A stretch of 63,251 nucleotides of DNA, the filler included, from Octopus bimaculoides (Eukaryota): the NCBI RefSeq assembly GCF_001194135.2. It is 7 parts of 6 records of this genome, joined end to end, with 100 filler letters (N's around TTAATTAATTAA, not from the genome) between each part and the next. Parts side by side here need not be neighbours in the genome. Positions count along the whole stretch, not along the records: positions 35,419 to 58,902 come from NC_068983.1; positions 59,003 to 60,789 come from NW_026343540.1; positions 60,890 to 61,930 come from NC_068987.1; positions 62,031 to 63,251 come from NW_026425593.1; 3 more parts are not named here. The stretch is one strand, 5' to 3'. Under the pieces are notes generated by a model. It was not told the DNA's origin. It worked only from the letters and a program-made list of their open reading frames with translations, and ran no database searches. Below are positions 51,414 through 63,251 of the stretch, piece by piece; positions within the stretch are counted from its first letter, which is position 1, and the number at the start of each line of letters is the position of its first letter. The translations under genes were made by a program, and so were the position numbers.

Positions 51414-52176
51414 AAACATAACATCCTTATTCATATATGCATATATTTTACAAATATAAACAGTGTACAACTAACAAACACGCACATTCAAGTATACATG
51501 TATATTCATATATTCGTATACGTCCGTATGTATGTGTGCGGGGTGTGGGGCTGTATGTGTGTATGTGTGTGTGTAAGTGGGTGTGATATGCCTATATAAA
51601 GCTGATAGATGTAGTGATATGAATATATTAAAAGTTATAAGAAATTAAGGCCTAAAAATAATATAATATGATATAATGCAAAATAATGGATCAAAACTTG
51701 CGTATAATAAAAAGCGAATAATGAAATTTGCGATAAACGTAACGTTGTATATAATATTTCAGTTAGTGTTAAACAGTAAAGATATATTAAGTTTAAGTTT
51801 AAAATTAAACATATAAAATAATATAGAATAATATAGAATGGTATAATGGATCAGAATATGTGTTTAATAAAAGGAAGATAAAAATCAATTAATTTGCGAT
51901 AAAGGAACCGTTGTACGGGAAAGGTGGGGAGAGCGAATATGTGGGATATAGTGAATATTGTAGTAGGTGATAAGTGAGAAAAAAATTATAATTGGGAAAC
52001 ACACGTACGCACACTCATACTTCCACACATATTTACGCATACATACGTAGAGATTTATGCATACGCATACACATTAGACGCAAAATTGCTCAGGTACATA
52101 TTTATACACCTGAAATGCATAAAAATGTACATGCATGTACATGTATACGCATGCATACACAAGCTCATATATGCAT

Positions 52177-52212
<36 letters not shown>

Positions 52213-52268
52213 ATATATATATATATATCAAAATATATCTGCACACAAACACACACATACGTTAATAG

Positions 52269-52301
<33 letters not shown>

Positions 52302-53371
52302 TGTATGTATGTATGTATGTATGTGTGTATGTATGAAACTATTGCAATGTAAAAGACATTGATGAAATTAAATATAAAAGGTAAAATCATATATGGTATG
52401 ATATAATGCAACAAGCCTTGTATTTCATAGAAAGAAAATAAAAATAAAAATCCATCAATTATCGTTATGAACAACTGATAGTTTTAAAATCTTTGTAAGT
52501 CATAGAAATGTTGTGCGCAAGCAGTGATAAGCTTTCATAGTGTTTGTTGAATAGGGAAAATGGGGAAATGAGTAAAAACTTTGTTTGAAATGGTTTGATA
52601 TCGTGTCGATATAGGCCTTGGAAACACGTTCTGTCTAGACATTTCATACGTGGAAGACATAATCTCTCTGTCAAAATTTCAAAATATTAAGCTACCTTTT
52701 TTCCATGTATTTCCTTGCTGACATTTTGGCATACAGATATAAGTACATCTACGTAGGTACAGTGACTAGAATGTACTTTAACTTTCTTGATAACAGCCAA
52801 ATGGGCATTTATATCCTATCAGGTGAAAAATAATGCGAGATAAATAGTGGGGTGCTTTAGCGAGGTCTATTTTTCTCGTCTGAAAAATATTAATTCATTC
52901 TACCAGAGACAAATTGTTTGGTATCTTCACCCATGACGTTCTAGAAATCCAGCACTCTTGGACATTTTATATCCAGACATTTTCTCATCACAACACTCAT
53001 GTCCTCTACATAACTTGATTACAAACCTCCTTTCCCCCAAAGTACACTAAATTTCATTTATGCTTGTCCAACTTCATATAAACCATTGGGTATGATCTCA
53101 ATTATACAAGCACATGAAACGGTGCAATCAGGTCAAGAAAACGGCACTACAAAATTTAAACGCATCACTAGCATTTCCTTGTCTTTAATTTTTTTTTCCT
53201 ACTATAACCATCTGAAAGCCACCCGAAATGTATATTACGTAAATTGAAATTCCAGCTTCAGCTGTAAAGATTTAAAGCTTCCAATTTCTTCTTGTCCTGC
53301 ATTTTTCTAGGTTCTATTAATTTAGAAGATATGCAGACAGACATACACACATGTACACACGTATATATCTA

Positions 53372-53421
<50 letters not shown>

Positions 53422-53999
53422 TACAAGTATGCATATATACATATGCTTATATACATAAACACACAAGAATTCCTGTATATACGCATATATATATATACAT
53501 AGAGAGTGAGAGAGAGAAGGGAAGAGATACAATTACATACACATGTACACCGTACATGCATAATTTCAAACACATACTTAATACATTGTATAATTCCAAA
53601 TATATACTTAATACATTCATTCATTAAAAAAAAGTATTATCATATTTAAGGTATGTGTGGATAAAATCAATACTTGTATTTATGATCTGATATTGATATT
53701 TATTAATTTACATGTCAAAAGAATCTTATGACCACTTCATTTATTTCTTCAGTGCAGACAACGAATCAACTCACTGGAGCTATTTATAAAATGTCGCCTT
53801 TTTCAGACATTACAACTGTTTGGCTCATCTCATCTTCTTACATATTTCCATTTATATATTTCCTCTGCTCTCTTTCTATACCATTTTTAGAATTGTACAA
53901 ACATATCTGCAAGAATTTTCTCTAAATGCAACCAAAAACATGTCAGTTTTATTTCTGCTGACTGAAAACAAAACAAAAACAAAAACAAAAGTACAAAGA

Positions 54000-54042
54000 T
54001 GAAATGATGACGATGATGACTATAAAAATGATGATGATGATA

Positions 54043-54091
<49 letters not shown>

Positions 54092-54105
54092 CGACGATGG
54101 TGATG

Positions 54106-54137
<32 letters not shown>

Positions 54138-54140
54138 GAT
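54000..54140. repeat. (GAT)n microsatellite
   Basis: Direct reading. Confidence 0.95.
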
Positions 54141-54902
54141 AAAATACATGAAATAAAAATACAAGAAACAGTTAAACGAAGAGAGGGTTTTGTTATTTCA
54201 ATTCCAGATGTTAAGGAGCTCGAGAACTTATGAAATAGTCGAATATGATGAGTGTTGGTCCCTTTAACAAGGCATGCTGATGATATTTTTATGTCTTTAC
54301 ACCTTTTAAAGGAGCTGGAGAAAAGATCAGAATCTTTTATAGGAACGGAGAAAGTCCCAAAACTAAAATTCTGACGTAAACATATTAGAACGATTTAAGG
54401 TGAGGTAACTCTAAAGAAATAATAATAAGAAGAATAGACAGAAAAATCGCTTTTCACAAATCTGCTTTTGCCATTAATATTCTGAGGAGCTTTCCAAGAT
54501 GATTCCGTCAAAAGTACGAAGCAGGAACATCCAGCGACTGAGGTATGGTATACGTGTTGAAGGCTTTCGAAAAGAAGGGACTATTACAATGTACTTACAA
54601 ATGACATGACAGATTTAAGGCATGGTTAAATAGTCACTGACATGGTTGGGAAATAAAACCTCATGCTGTTCTTTCTGTTGTTATGAAACTCAGTAGTTTC
54701 CTGGCGTATTTAAGCATAAGCAACAATGCGTGCATGTGTGTGTTCGTATGTGTGTATGTGAAATATGTGCATATGTGAAGTGTGTGTATGTGTTTGTGTG
54801 TTTATGTGAAGAGTATGAGTGTGCGTGTGTGTGTGTGTGCATGTTAGTGTGTGTGTGTATGTGTGTGTGTATGTGTGTGTGTGTGTGCATGTTAGTGTGT
54901 GT

Positions 54903-54994
<92 letters not shown>

Positions 54995-55184
54995 TTTTAG
55001 TCACGCAGTTATTTCATCAATATCGATTGCTGAACAGTTAATTTGTGGAATCTAAAGAAACAATATAGATTTTTTAAACACAAGCATATATACATACAGA
55101 CAGTCATGTACACACACCGTAAATGATGCCTTAAAACACACTCATAGAGGTATTAGTATGTTTTAAGCTTAAAATATATAATTT

Positions 55185-55700
55185 CAGTAAAGTGGTGTCA
55201 GCAGAATTCTTAGAACGCAGGACAAAATGCTTAGGGGCGTTTCATCAGTCATAACTTTTTAAGTTCAAATTCCGCCGAGGTTGACTTTGCTTTTCATTCT
55301 TTCGTGATCGATAAAATAAGTACCAGTTGACTACTGGGATCGATGACTTAAAATCCATTGGCGCTTTACTTTTTATATGCTTCACTTAAAGTGCTTCATA
55401 TAAACAAATGTAAAGGAGGTCAAACTAAACTAAATTAGGGTATTTTGTCATCTATAATCAAACAAGGGGCACGAAGTAAGTTTTATAATATTGTATAATG
55501 CAAGGCAACGAATCAGTAGAATCGCTACAGCGTTTGATAGATAGCTGTGAAGTTTTTTTGTTCTGACGTTCTGCACTCGGAGTTCGAATTCAGCAAAAGT
55601 CAAAAATACATTAATCATTTCAGAGTCGATTATAAAAAAAGCCAATCTAGGCTGATGGATTGACGGAATTGAAGATTATCGGACAAGATGCTTTGTAATA
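55185..55700 (+). mobile_element. Two SINE family C copies, + orientation
   Basis: agttcaaattccgccgaggttgactttgc...gatcgataaaataagtaccag, plus a more decayed second copy. Confidence 0.7.
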
Positions 55701-55924
55701 TTTGTTCTGGTTTCTTGCGTCCTGATGCGAATGCCCACGAGGATAACTACTCCGCACCTGCTGCGTAAGACTTTAAGGACAGTGTTTTCCTTTGTCAACA
55801 TAAATGCATCAACTACCAGTCGAGTCTTCTACTGAAAATCTTGGCCAGGCCTGCATGTATAGACACAGATATATGATCCATACTATCCGAGAGAAGTCCA
55901 CGAATACATAATAATACAGCACGT

Positions 55925-56940
55925 ATAATATTGATTTCAATTTTTGGCACAAGGCCAGAAATTTCTGGGGCGGATCTAAGTCTATTAATTCTACCACAGT
56001 GCTTAACTAGTATTTATTTTATCGACCCCGAAAGGATGAAAATAAAAGTCGAAATTTGAACTCAGAATGTGAAGACAGATAAACTACCATTAAACATTTT
56101 GCCCGGCGTGCTAATGACTTTGCCAGTTCACTGCTTTTATAACAGCTATAATATTAGCTAGTAAGACATTTATTATTCAACAAAATTTAAATAACTTAAT
56201 GATTTTAGATTTTTTCTTGAACTTGGAGTATTGAGACAAAAATTTCCGCAATAGATTTATGTGAGAAAGTTTTGTTAGCTGGCTTTCGAAACACCATTTT
56301 GATACATCAAATTTTGACACAAATGCCTTCAAATTTTGATACACGGCCATTAGTTTTTGAGAGATAGGGAAAATTGATAACACGGACCCAAGTAGTTGAC
56401 TGGTACTCATTTTATCAACCCTGAAAGGCAAAGTCGACCTCGGTGGAATTTCAGCTCACAACGTAAAGACGGACGAAAAGCCACTATGTAGTTTGTCCGA
56501 CGTCCTAACGATTCTGCCAGCTTGCCGCCTTTGATATATCAATAAATAATTCTTTCTACTATAGACACAAGGCCTGAAATTTTGTGGGAGGGGGCTAGTC
56601 AATTATATCGGCCCCAGTAATTAACTGGTACTTATTTTATCGACCTCGGCGTAATTTGAACTCAGAACGTAAAGGTGAACCAAATGCTGGTAAGCATGGC
56701 GTGCTAACGATTCTGTTAGCGCAACGCCTTTGATATACTAATAAGTCCTTTCTACTGAAGGCGCAAAGCCTGAAATTTTGAGGGAGGGGACTAGTCGATT
56801 ACATCTACCCAGTGTTTCACTGGTACTTAATTTATCGACCCCGAAAAGATGAGAGGCAATGTTGACCTCGGTTGAATTTGAGTTCACAAGGTAAAGTTAG
56901 ACGTGCTAAGGGTTCTGCCTTAGGTATATCAATAAATAAT
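55925..56940 (-). mobile_element. Cluster of four SINE family C copies, - orientation; the last three are tandem at about 195 bp
   Basis: Repeated tttatcgacc(ccgaaag)...ttgaactcag...gtgctaacgattctgc with a shared spacer tgatatatcaataaataat. Confidence 0.8.
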
Positions 56941-57238
56941 AAAAATTATAGTTCTCTCGTGAAACCAGTTTTAATTCATCATTATTTTATGGCGTAATTG
57001 AAACACATAGGTGCATATTAGAAATATTAGAACAAGAGGGTTTCTTTTTTTCTTTGGAAATATTAAGATTTAATAAGGACCTGAATATATCAAACTCTAA
57101 AAAAAGACTTGTTAATGGGTAGGGTTACGAACGTGATGTGAAAACATGGTTTAAATTTACATTTTTGTTTTTTTAAGAACGACTCTCCCAAAATTGAGGT
57201 GCGTCAAATAAGTACATGCAGCTTAATAACCATCAGAT

Positions 57239-57288
<50 letters not shown>

Positions 57289-57303
57289 NNNNNNNNNNNN
57301 NNN

Positions 57304-57390
<87 letters not shown>

Positions 57391-57463
57391 TTCATATTTA
57401 TACGTACATATATACGTATAGGTATGTATGCATGGGTATAGTGTGTATTTATATATAAATGTG

Positions 57464-57497
<34 letters not shown>

Positions 57498-58070
57498 CAC
57501 ATGTGTGCGCAATGTATGTGTGTTTGCGTGTGTGCTTCTGTGCTAGGCTTCCTTTGATATTAGTTTCAATCATAAGGCTCTGTTTCATATTTAACCATCT
57601 ATCATATTTCCCCATTATAATGAAACCATTCAGTGATATTTAAGAAGTCTCATAGCTGAAATAACCTTTCTTATGTATATACTACTGTATATTTATACAA
57701 ACTGAAGAAGAGACAGAGGGAGAATACTAAGAAGTAAACATGTACATATCTACTCCCCGAAAACTAACAGTTTGTTTTTTGATGTTGATTATTTCTTGGT
57801 CTTATTCTTCTTGCCGTTATTGCTGTTTCCGTTGTTGTTCAACTCCAGCTCAAAGCTTATTGAATAGACTTAAAATAAGATGTATTAAAATGATCAGCTC
57901 TTCTTTTTCGTCGTATCTAAGACTAAGTTATCTAGACCTTCCCTTTTTTAAGGCTGTACATTTGAAGGAAATTTTTATGTTATTTCTAGTATGGCAACTC
58001 ATTACGTAGATGTTCTCACATTGACTTCGTCAGAATCGTAGTTACTAAATGAATAATTTATTCCCCTATT

Positions 58071-58117
<47 letters not shown>

Positions 58118-58689
58118 NNNNNNNNNNCTCTCTCTCTCTCTATCTCTATCTCTCTCTCTCTCTCTTTCTCTCTCTCCTTACGTTCGTTATTGTTATCGTT
58201 AGAAATATTTGTATATAATCACAAAGGTCAAATATTTTGGAAGATTTTTTTAGAACAAAGAAAAGAAAGAAAAGAAAAAAAACAGCCTTAAATTCTAGAA
58301 TTTTAAAACGGAGATTCCATAATTGAAGTGTAATAAGAACCTATTACTTTTTTTTCACAAATTTGAAGGATATCTAACCCGCCAGAAACATTACATTACA
58401 TATCAAGGCCAGACAGTATGGCGGTAAAATACACAGACGAGCGTTGTTTATATAAAGTTTTAAACAAATTCGGCATTGTTATATATTACGTAAAATATAT
58501 ATTTCCTCTCGATGTTACTTCGTAGTTTCAGCATCCAATAATCCAGACTTCTTGAATGACATTATATTTTTTGTTTTCGCAGTTTTGATAATTATTCTTG
58601 TTTTCGTTGTCGCCGCCGTTGTCGTTGTTGTTGTAATTGTTGAGCTTCCCTGTCTCGCTAACCAGCTCCCATGACTGGGTAGACACATG

Positions 58690-58853
58690 CATGGTTGTGT
58701 GGTTTAGAAATTCGCTTCGCAATCACATGATTTCACGTTCGGACTCAATGTGCGGTTCCCTGGACAAGTGTATTTTATTATAGCCCCGAATTGACCGGTG
58801 TCTTGTAAGGGATTTTGGAAAACGGAAAGTGCCTGGAAGCCTATCGTGTTTTT

Positions 58854-58902
<49 letters not shown>
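58690..58902 (+). mobile_element. SINE family A, diverged 5' half
   Basis: ggttgtgtggtttagaaattcgctt...ggacaagtgt...ggaaaacggaaa. Confidence 0.6.
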
Positions 58903-59188
58903 NNNNNNNNNNNNNNNNNNNNNNNNNNNNNNNNNNNNNNNNNNNNTTAATTAATTAANNNNNNNNNNNNNNNNNNNNNNNNNNNNNNNNNNNNNNNNNN
59001 NNCCCACCGCCATAGGTGCGCATGTATATGGTTCTGCTAATTACAGCTTAATAGTAAAATTCAAAAGTCTTTGTTTTGGCGCACTAATTCCAGGAATATG
59101 TCTGCAGAGAATATTTACTGCGTCGCATATATCCAGTATGAGAACTCGGTAAGGGTTAATATATTATTAAAAAATATGGCAAAAACTC

Positions 59189-59252
59189 ATATATTAATTA
59201 ATATCGATTAATTACCAGCTTCCTGGTAATTAATCGATATTAATTAATATAT
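59189..59252. repeat. Perfect 30-bp-arm palindrome with 4-nt loop
   Basis: atATATTAATTAATATCGATTAATTACCAG-cttc-CTGGTAATTAATCGATATTAATTAATATat. Confidence 0.95.
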
Positions 59253-59253
59253 A

Positions 59254-60645
59254 GACTACCAGTACTAGATACAAAACTCTGGCTGGAAACTGAGAATAAT
59301 AAAACCCGAATCCTTCATTTACACTATGCCAAACCTATGGCCTCCAAATACCTGATCCACCAGAACTCAGCTATCGTGGACAATGCCAAATTGAATATAT
59401 TGATGGCAGACCTCGTCAGAGTAATGCAAACTGTGTCCCGCATGTGCGACCCTACAGAGTTAAAGAGACATATAGAACATTTCGTTCACCGCATGCAGTT
59501 CCCAGGTTACAGCCATAAAGAAAGGATCAGAGTATACAAAGGAGCTCTGAAGAAATTTGAAACTATCAACTGTAACGATAGGAATAGGATTTGTCCACTT
59601 TATAGGAGAAAGTCATGGAACACCATTGAAAAGATTAAGAAGAAAATAGGGAAGGCCAACTCATGGTATGATAGCCACAAATACCAGAGTGTCATGTTCG
59701 TTGACACCACCCCTAGAGGCAAACTGGTGCACTGCTTTATAAGGGCCCTAGACAAACTTAAACTAAGAATTAAGGTTGTTGAAAGGCCAGGCAACCCTAT
59801 CAAATCCCTTATCGTTAGAACCTACCCTTTTAGTAGAACCCCTTGTACTGAGAGGAACTGTACTGTATGTTAATTTAGCCCACAAACAAACTGTAAAGCC
59901 AGAAATGTAGTCTATAGTATAAGATGTACAGAGGGACGATGCAGTAACAAGACAACGACGTACGTAGAGGAAACGGCACGGACCATAGGAGAGCGGGTAT
60001 ATGAACATTGGAGGGAACTTAAGGAAGAGAAGAGCTCATCAGTTCTGTACCAGCACGCTGAGCAGGAACACAGAGGCTCACTCAACAATATAGAAGTTAA
60101 AATCTTGTCCACACATAATAGAAGATACACCTAGCCTGAATAGGAAACTGGAATGGAACACTAAAGCATACCCCCAACACACCACAACATATGACAGAAT
60201 AAAATCCCCATAAACTGATAACAATATGAACAAAATATAATAGAATACACAGATAAACAAATGGAATTAAATAACTATATACATTGACAAAATTTTTAAA
60301 AAAATAAAATTAAATACAAACAAAAAAAAAGAAAGAATAGAAAAAAAAATAATAAGTAGGTATAAACACATGAACAAATAAATAAAAACAAATTAAACGA
60401 ACATGTATAAACAGGGGATACAGATAATACAGGCGCTCTCCATACACACACATGCACTTACTAAACATAGACACACATAGGGAGATACACATTCGCAAAT
60501 AAAGATACAACAGGAATACAAAATACAAAATGGCTGATCGCTAGTAAAGAAAGACACACAAATAGGAAAGAAGAAAGCAAAAGACCACTGATGAGGTCAC
60601 AGAAGTGTGACAAAAGAACTCTGGCCGAAATACAATTAATGTAAA
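59254..60645 (+). mobile_element. 5'-truncated Neptune-like Penelope element (RT thumb, Cys linker, GIY-YIG, 3' tail)
   Basis: LPVLDTKLW, KPMASKYLIHQNSA, IKVVERPG, C..C, NVVYSIRC...YVEETARTIGERVYEH...LYQHAEQEH. Confidence 0.88.
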
Positions 60646-61002
60646 AATAAAGCTGAAGCAAATTAACACCAAATATAAAGTGTGTGTGTTTTTATTGGCT
60701 AAACTGGCAACATGGCCATCCCCAAATACAACAACATACATAAATATATATATATATTTCGTTTTGGGATTTGGTTTGCAAGATTCTTTNNNNNNNNNNN
60801 NNNNNNNNNNNNNNNNNNNNNNNNNNNNNNNNNTTAATTAATTAANNNNNNNNNNNNNNNNNNNNNNNNNNNNNNNNNNNNNNNNNNNNGCAAATGGATG
60901 AATGAAAGTGTTTGTTTTTTCTTTGTTTAGACATTGCAAGAAAGATTAGCAGGGGAAATAACTCCTGATGTCATTTTGTTGAAATATGAATTCGTCTGAG
61001 AA

Positions 61003-61227
61003 TACAGTAATTTCTCACCATATCGCGGTTCACCTATCGGGTTTATTACTTAAGGCTACGTTGATTCCTCCGCGGTGTTGTTTTGATTAATAATAAAATA
61101 AATATATCTAAATTATAAAAATAATTTTAGAAAATATACAGTGCAGTACTGTTTCTACATCGCGGATTTTCATCTATCGCAGGCGTTTTGGGAATATAAC
61201 ATCCGCAATAGTCGAGGGATTATTATA
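61003..61227. mobile_element. Tigger/pogo-type MITE
   Basis: TA-CAGTAATTTCTCACCATATCGCGG ... CCGCAATAGTCGAGGGATTATTA-TA imperfect TIRs. Confidence 0.6.
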
Positions 61228-61575
61228 TATTTATGAAATTAAATTTTAATTTATCCTTCTGTGCACGCAAGTTATGATTCACTCCTTCTGTGCCCTTTTC
61301 ATCATCATCTTCTTCATTTTCTTTCTTCTTCATTCTTCTTCATTTTCTTCATTCTTCTTCTTATTATTATCATTATTATTAAAGGTGGTGAACTGGTCGA
61401 AATGTTAGCACATCGGGAAAACTACTTAGCTTCATTTCCTGTGGGTTTTCCTTTCAAATTTACCTTTCATTCTTTCGGGATCCATGAAACATGCACCAGC
61501 GCACCAGTCAATTAACGGGGTCGGTATAATTACTGATCTCGTACCAAAATTTGAAAGTGCTACTACTACTACTAC

Positions 61576-61601
<26 letters not shown>

Positions 61602-61606
<5 letters not shown>

Positions 61607-61814
61607 TAGTTTTATTTTTATAAGGTGCTTTCACTTCACTACCGAGCGCAGCTCTGTGCGCCTTGGGTATGTGCTGTGGTTTGCTGTGGTGCTCTTATGT
61701 TTACTGTATTGAAAGTGTTTTGCGTAGAATGTGTGCAGTACCCAGAAGTGCAATTTTCTGTATGTTATATATATTTGTATGTCCTGGTGTTTTTGTTATG
61801 TATTTGTCTGAATA

Positions 61815-61815
<1 letters not shown>
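61602..61815 (-). mobile_element. Second, shorter R4/Dong 3' end
   Basis: Near-identical to 47092-47305; (TAA)n on both sides. Confidence 0.88.
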
Positions 61816-61881
<66 letters not shown>

Positions 61882-62030
61882 ATAATAATAGTAATAGTAA
61901 TAGTAATAGTAATAATAATAATAATAATAANNNNNNNNNNNNNNNNNNNNNNNNNNNNNNNNNNNNNNNNNNNNTTAATTAATTAANNNNNNNNNNNNNN
62001 NNNNNNNNNNNNNNNNNNNNNNNNNNNNNN

Positions 62031-63251
62031 TCCTTCGTTATTTCGTACGTACGTTCGTTCTTTCTTTCGTTCGTTCATTCGTTGTTTCGTACGTTCGGTC
62101 CCACGTTCGTTCCTTCGTTGATGCCTTGGTTCGTTCGTTCGTACATACGTTCTTTTCTTATTCCCTGCCTACGTAATACGTACGTTCGTTTGCTCGTACG
62201 TACGTACTAACGGACAAACGTTCGTTCCTTCGTTCGTTCATTCGATCGCTCGTTCGTACATACGTTCGTTTAATCGTTCTTTTATTCGTTCGTTCATTTG
62301 TACGTACGTTCGATCTTTCGTTCGTTGGTTCCTTCGTTATTTCGTTCATTCGTACGTACGATTGTTCGTTTGTTCTTTCGTTCGTTCGTTGCGTCGTTTG
62401 TTCCTTCGGTCGTATGTACGTACGTTCATTCGCTTGTTTCTTCGTTAGTTCGGTCGTTCGTTCGTTTGTACGTACATAGTTCTTTCCTTATTCCCTGCCT
62501 ACGTAANNNNNNNNNNNNNNNNNNNNNNNNNNNNNNNNNNNNNNNNNNNNNNNNNNNNNNNNNNNNNNNNNNNNNNNNNNNNNNNNGTTCGTAAGTACGT
62601 ACGTACGTTCGTTCAATAATTTGTTCGTATGTACGTTCGATCGTTCGTTCTTACGTACGTAAGTAGAGACGAACGTTCGTTCCTTCGTACATTCTTTTCG
62701 TTTATTCGTTCGTTCATACGTACGTACGTTCGTTNNNNNNNNNNCGTACATTCTTTTCGTTTATTCGTTCGTTCATACGTACGTACGTTCGTTCGCTCGT
62801 TCGTTTGATCTATCGTTCGTTCGTTCGGACGATTCTTCGTTTGTTCGTTCCATCGTTCGTTGCTTCGCAAGTACGTACGTTCGGTCGTATCTACGTACGT
62901 AGATTCGTTTGTTCGGTCGTTCGTTCGTATGTTCATTCGTTCGTACGTACATACGTTTGCTCGTTCGTACATAGTTCTTTCCTTATTCCCTGCCTACGTA
63001 ATACGTATGTACGTTCGTTCGTACCTTCTTTCAATNNNNNNNNNNNNNNNNNNNNNNNNNNNNNNNNNNNNNNNNNNNNNNNNNNNNNNNNNNNNNNNNN
63101 NNNNNNNNNNNNNNNNNNNNNNNNNNNNNNNNGTACGTACGTAGGGACGAACGTTCGTTCGTTCATACCTACGTGCGTTCGTTCTTACGTACGTACGATC
63201 GTTCATTAGTTCGTTATTTCGTTCGTACGTAAGTTTGCTCGTTCGTTCGTT
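62031..63251. repeat. CpG-rich satellite built from TTCG/TACG tetramers with a higher-order marker
   Basis: Continuous (TTCG/TACG)-type degenerate repeat; cttattccctgcctacgtaa recurs at about 62157, 62487 and 62982. Confidence 0.9.

Overview
AT-rich, microsatellite- and transposon-dense animal genomic DNA with many N gaps. The repeat families and composition suggest Octopus or another coleoid cephalopod; this is inference from remembered repeat families, not a database result. The only host gene I can support is the 3' part of a retinoblastoma (RB1-type) gene on the + strand. It has seven spliced coding exons: 818-937, 6080-6135, 10578-10692, 12161-12303, 16044-16128, 16968-17077 and 18285-18375. 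They join in one open frame with GT-AG introns. Its C-terminus appears to carry a tandem exon-module duplication that gives two [RK]xLxFD cyclin/PP1-type docking motifs. The rest is transposon debris: at least five Penelope-like elements (PLEs) plus two pLTR-like remnants, RTE, CR1/L2 and R4/Dong LINE pieces, several SINE families, mariner relics, piggyBac- and Tigger-type MITEs, and a CpG-rich satellite. Main points of interest are the duplicated RB C-terminal module, a recurring set of minimal hammerhead ribozymes with fold-back inverted copies at PLE ends, a GIY-YIG endonuclease split by a ~140-codon repeat, and a CpG-decay boundary near 27.6-30.4 kb. Six N44-TTAATTAATTAA-N44 blocks are assembly linkers, so adjacency across them is uncertain. 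Repeat boundaries are approximate (tens of bp).
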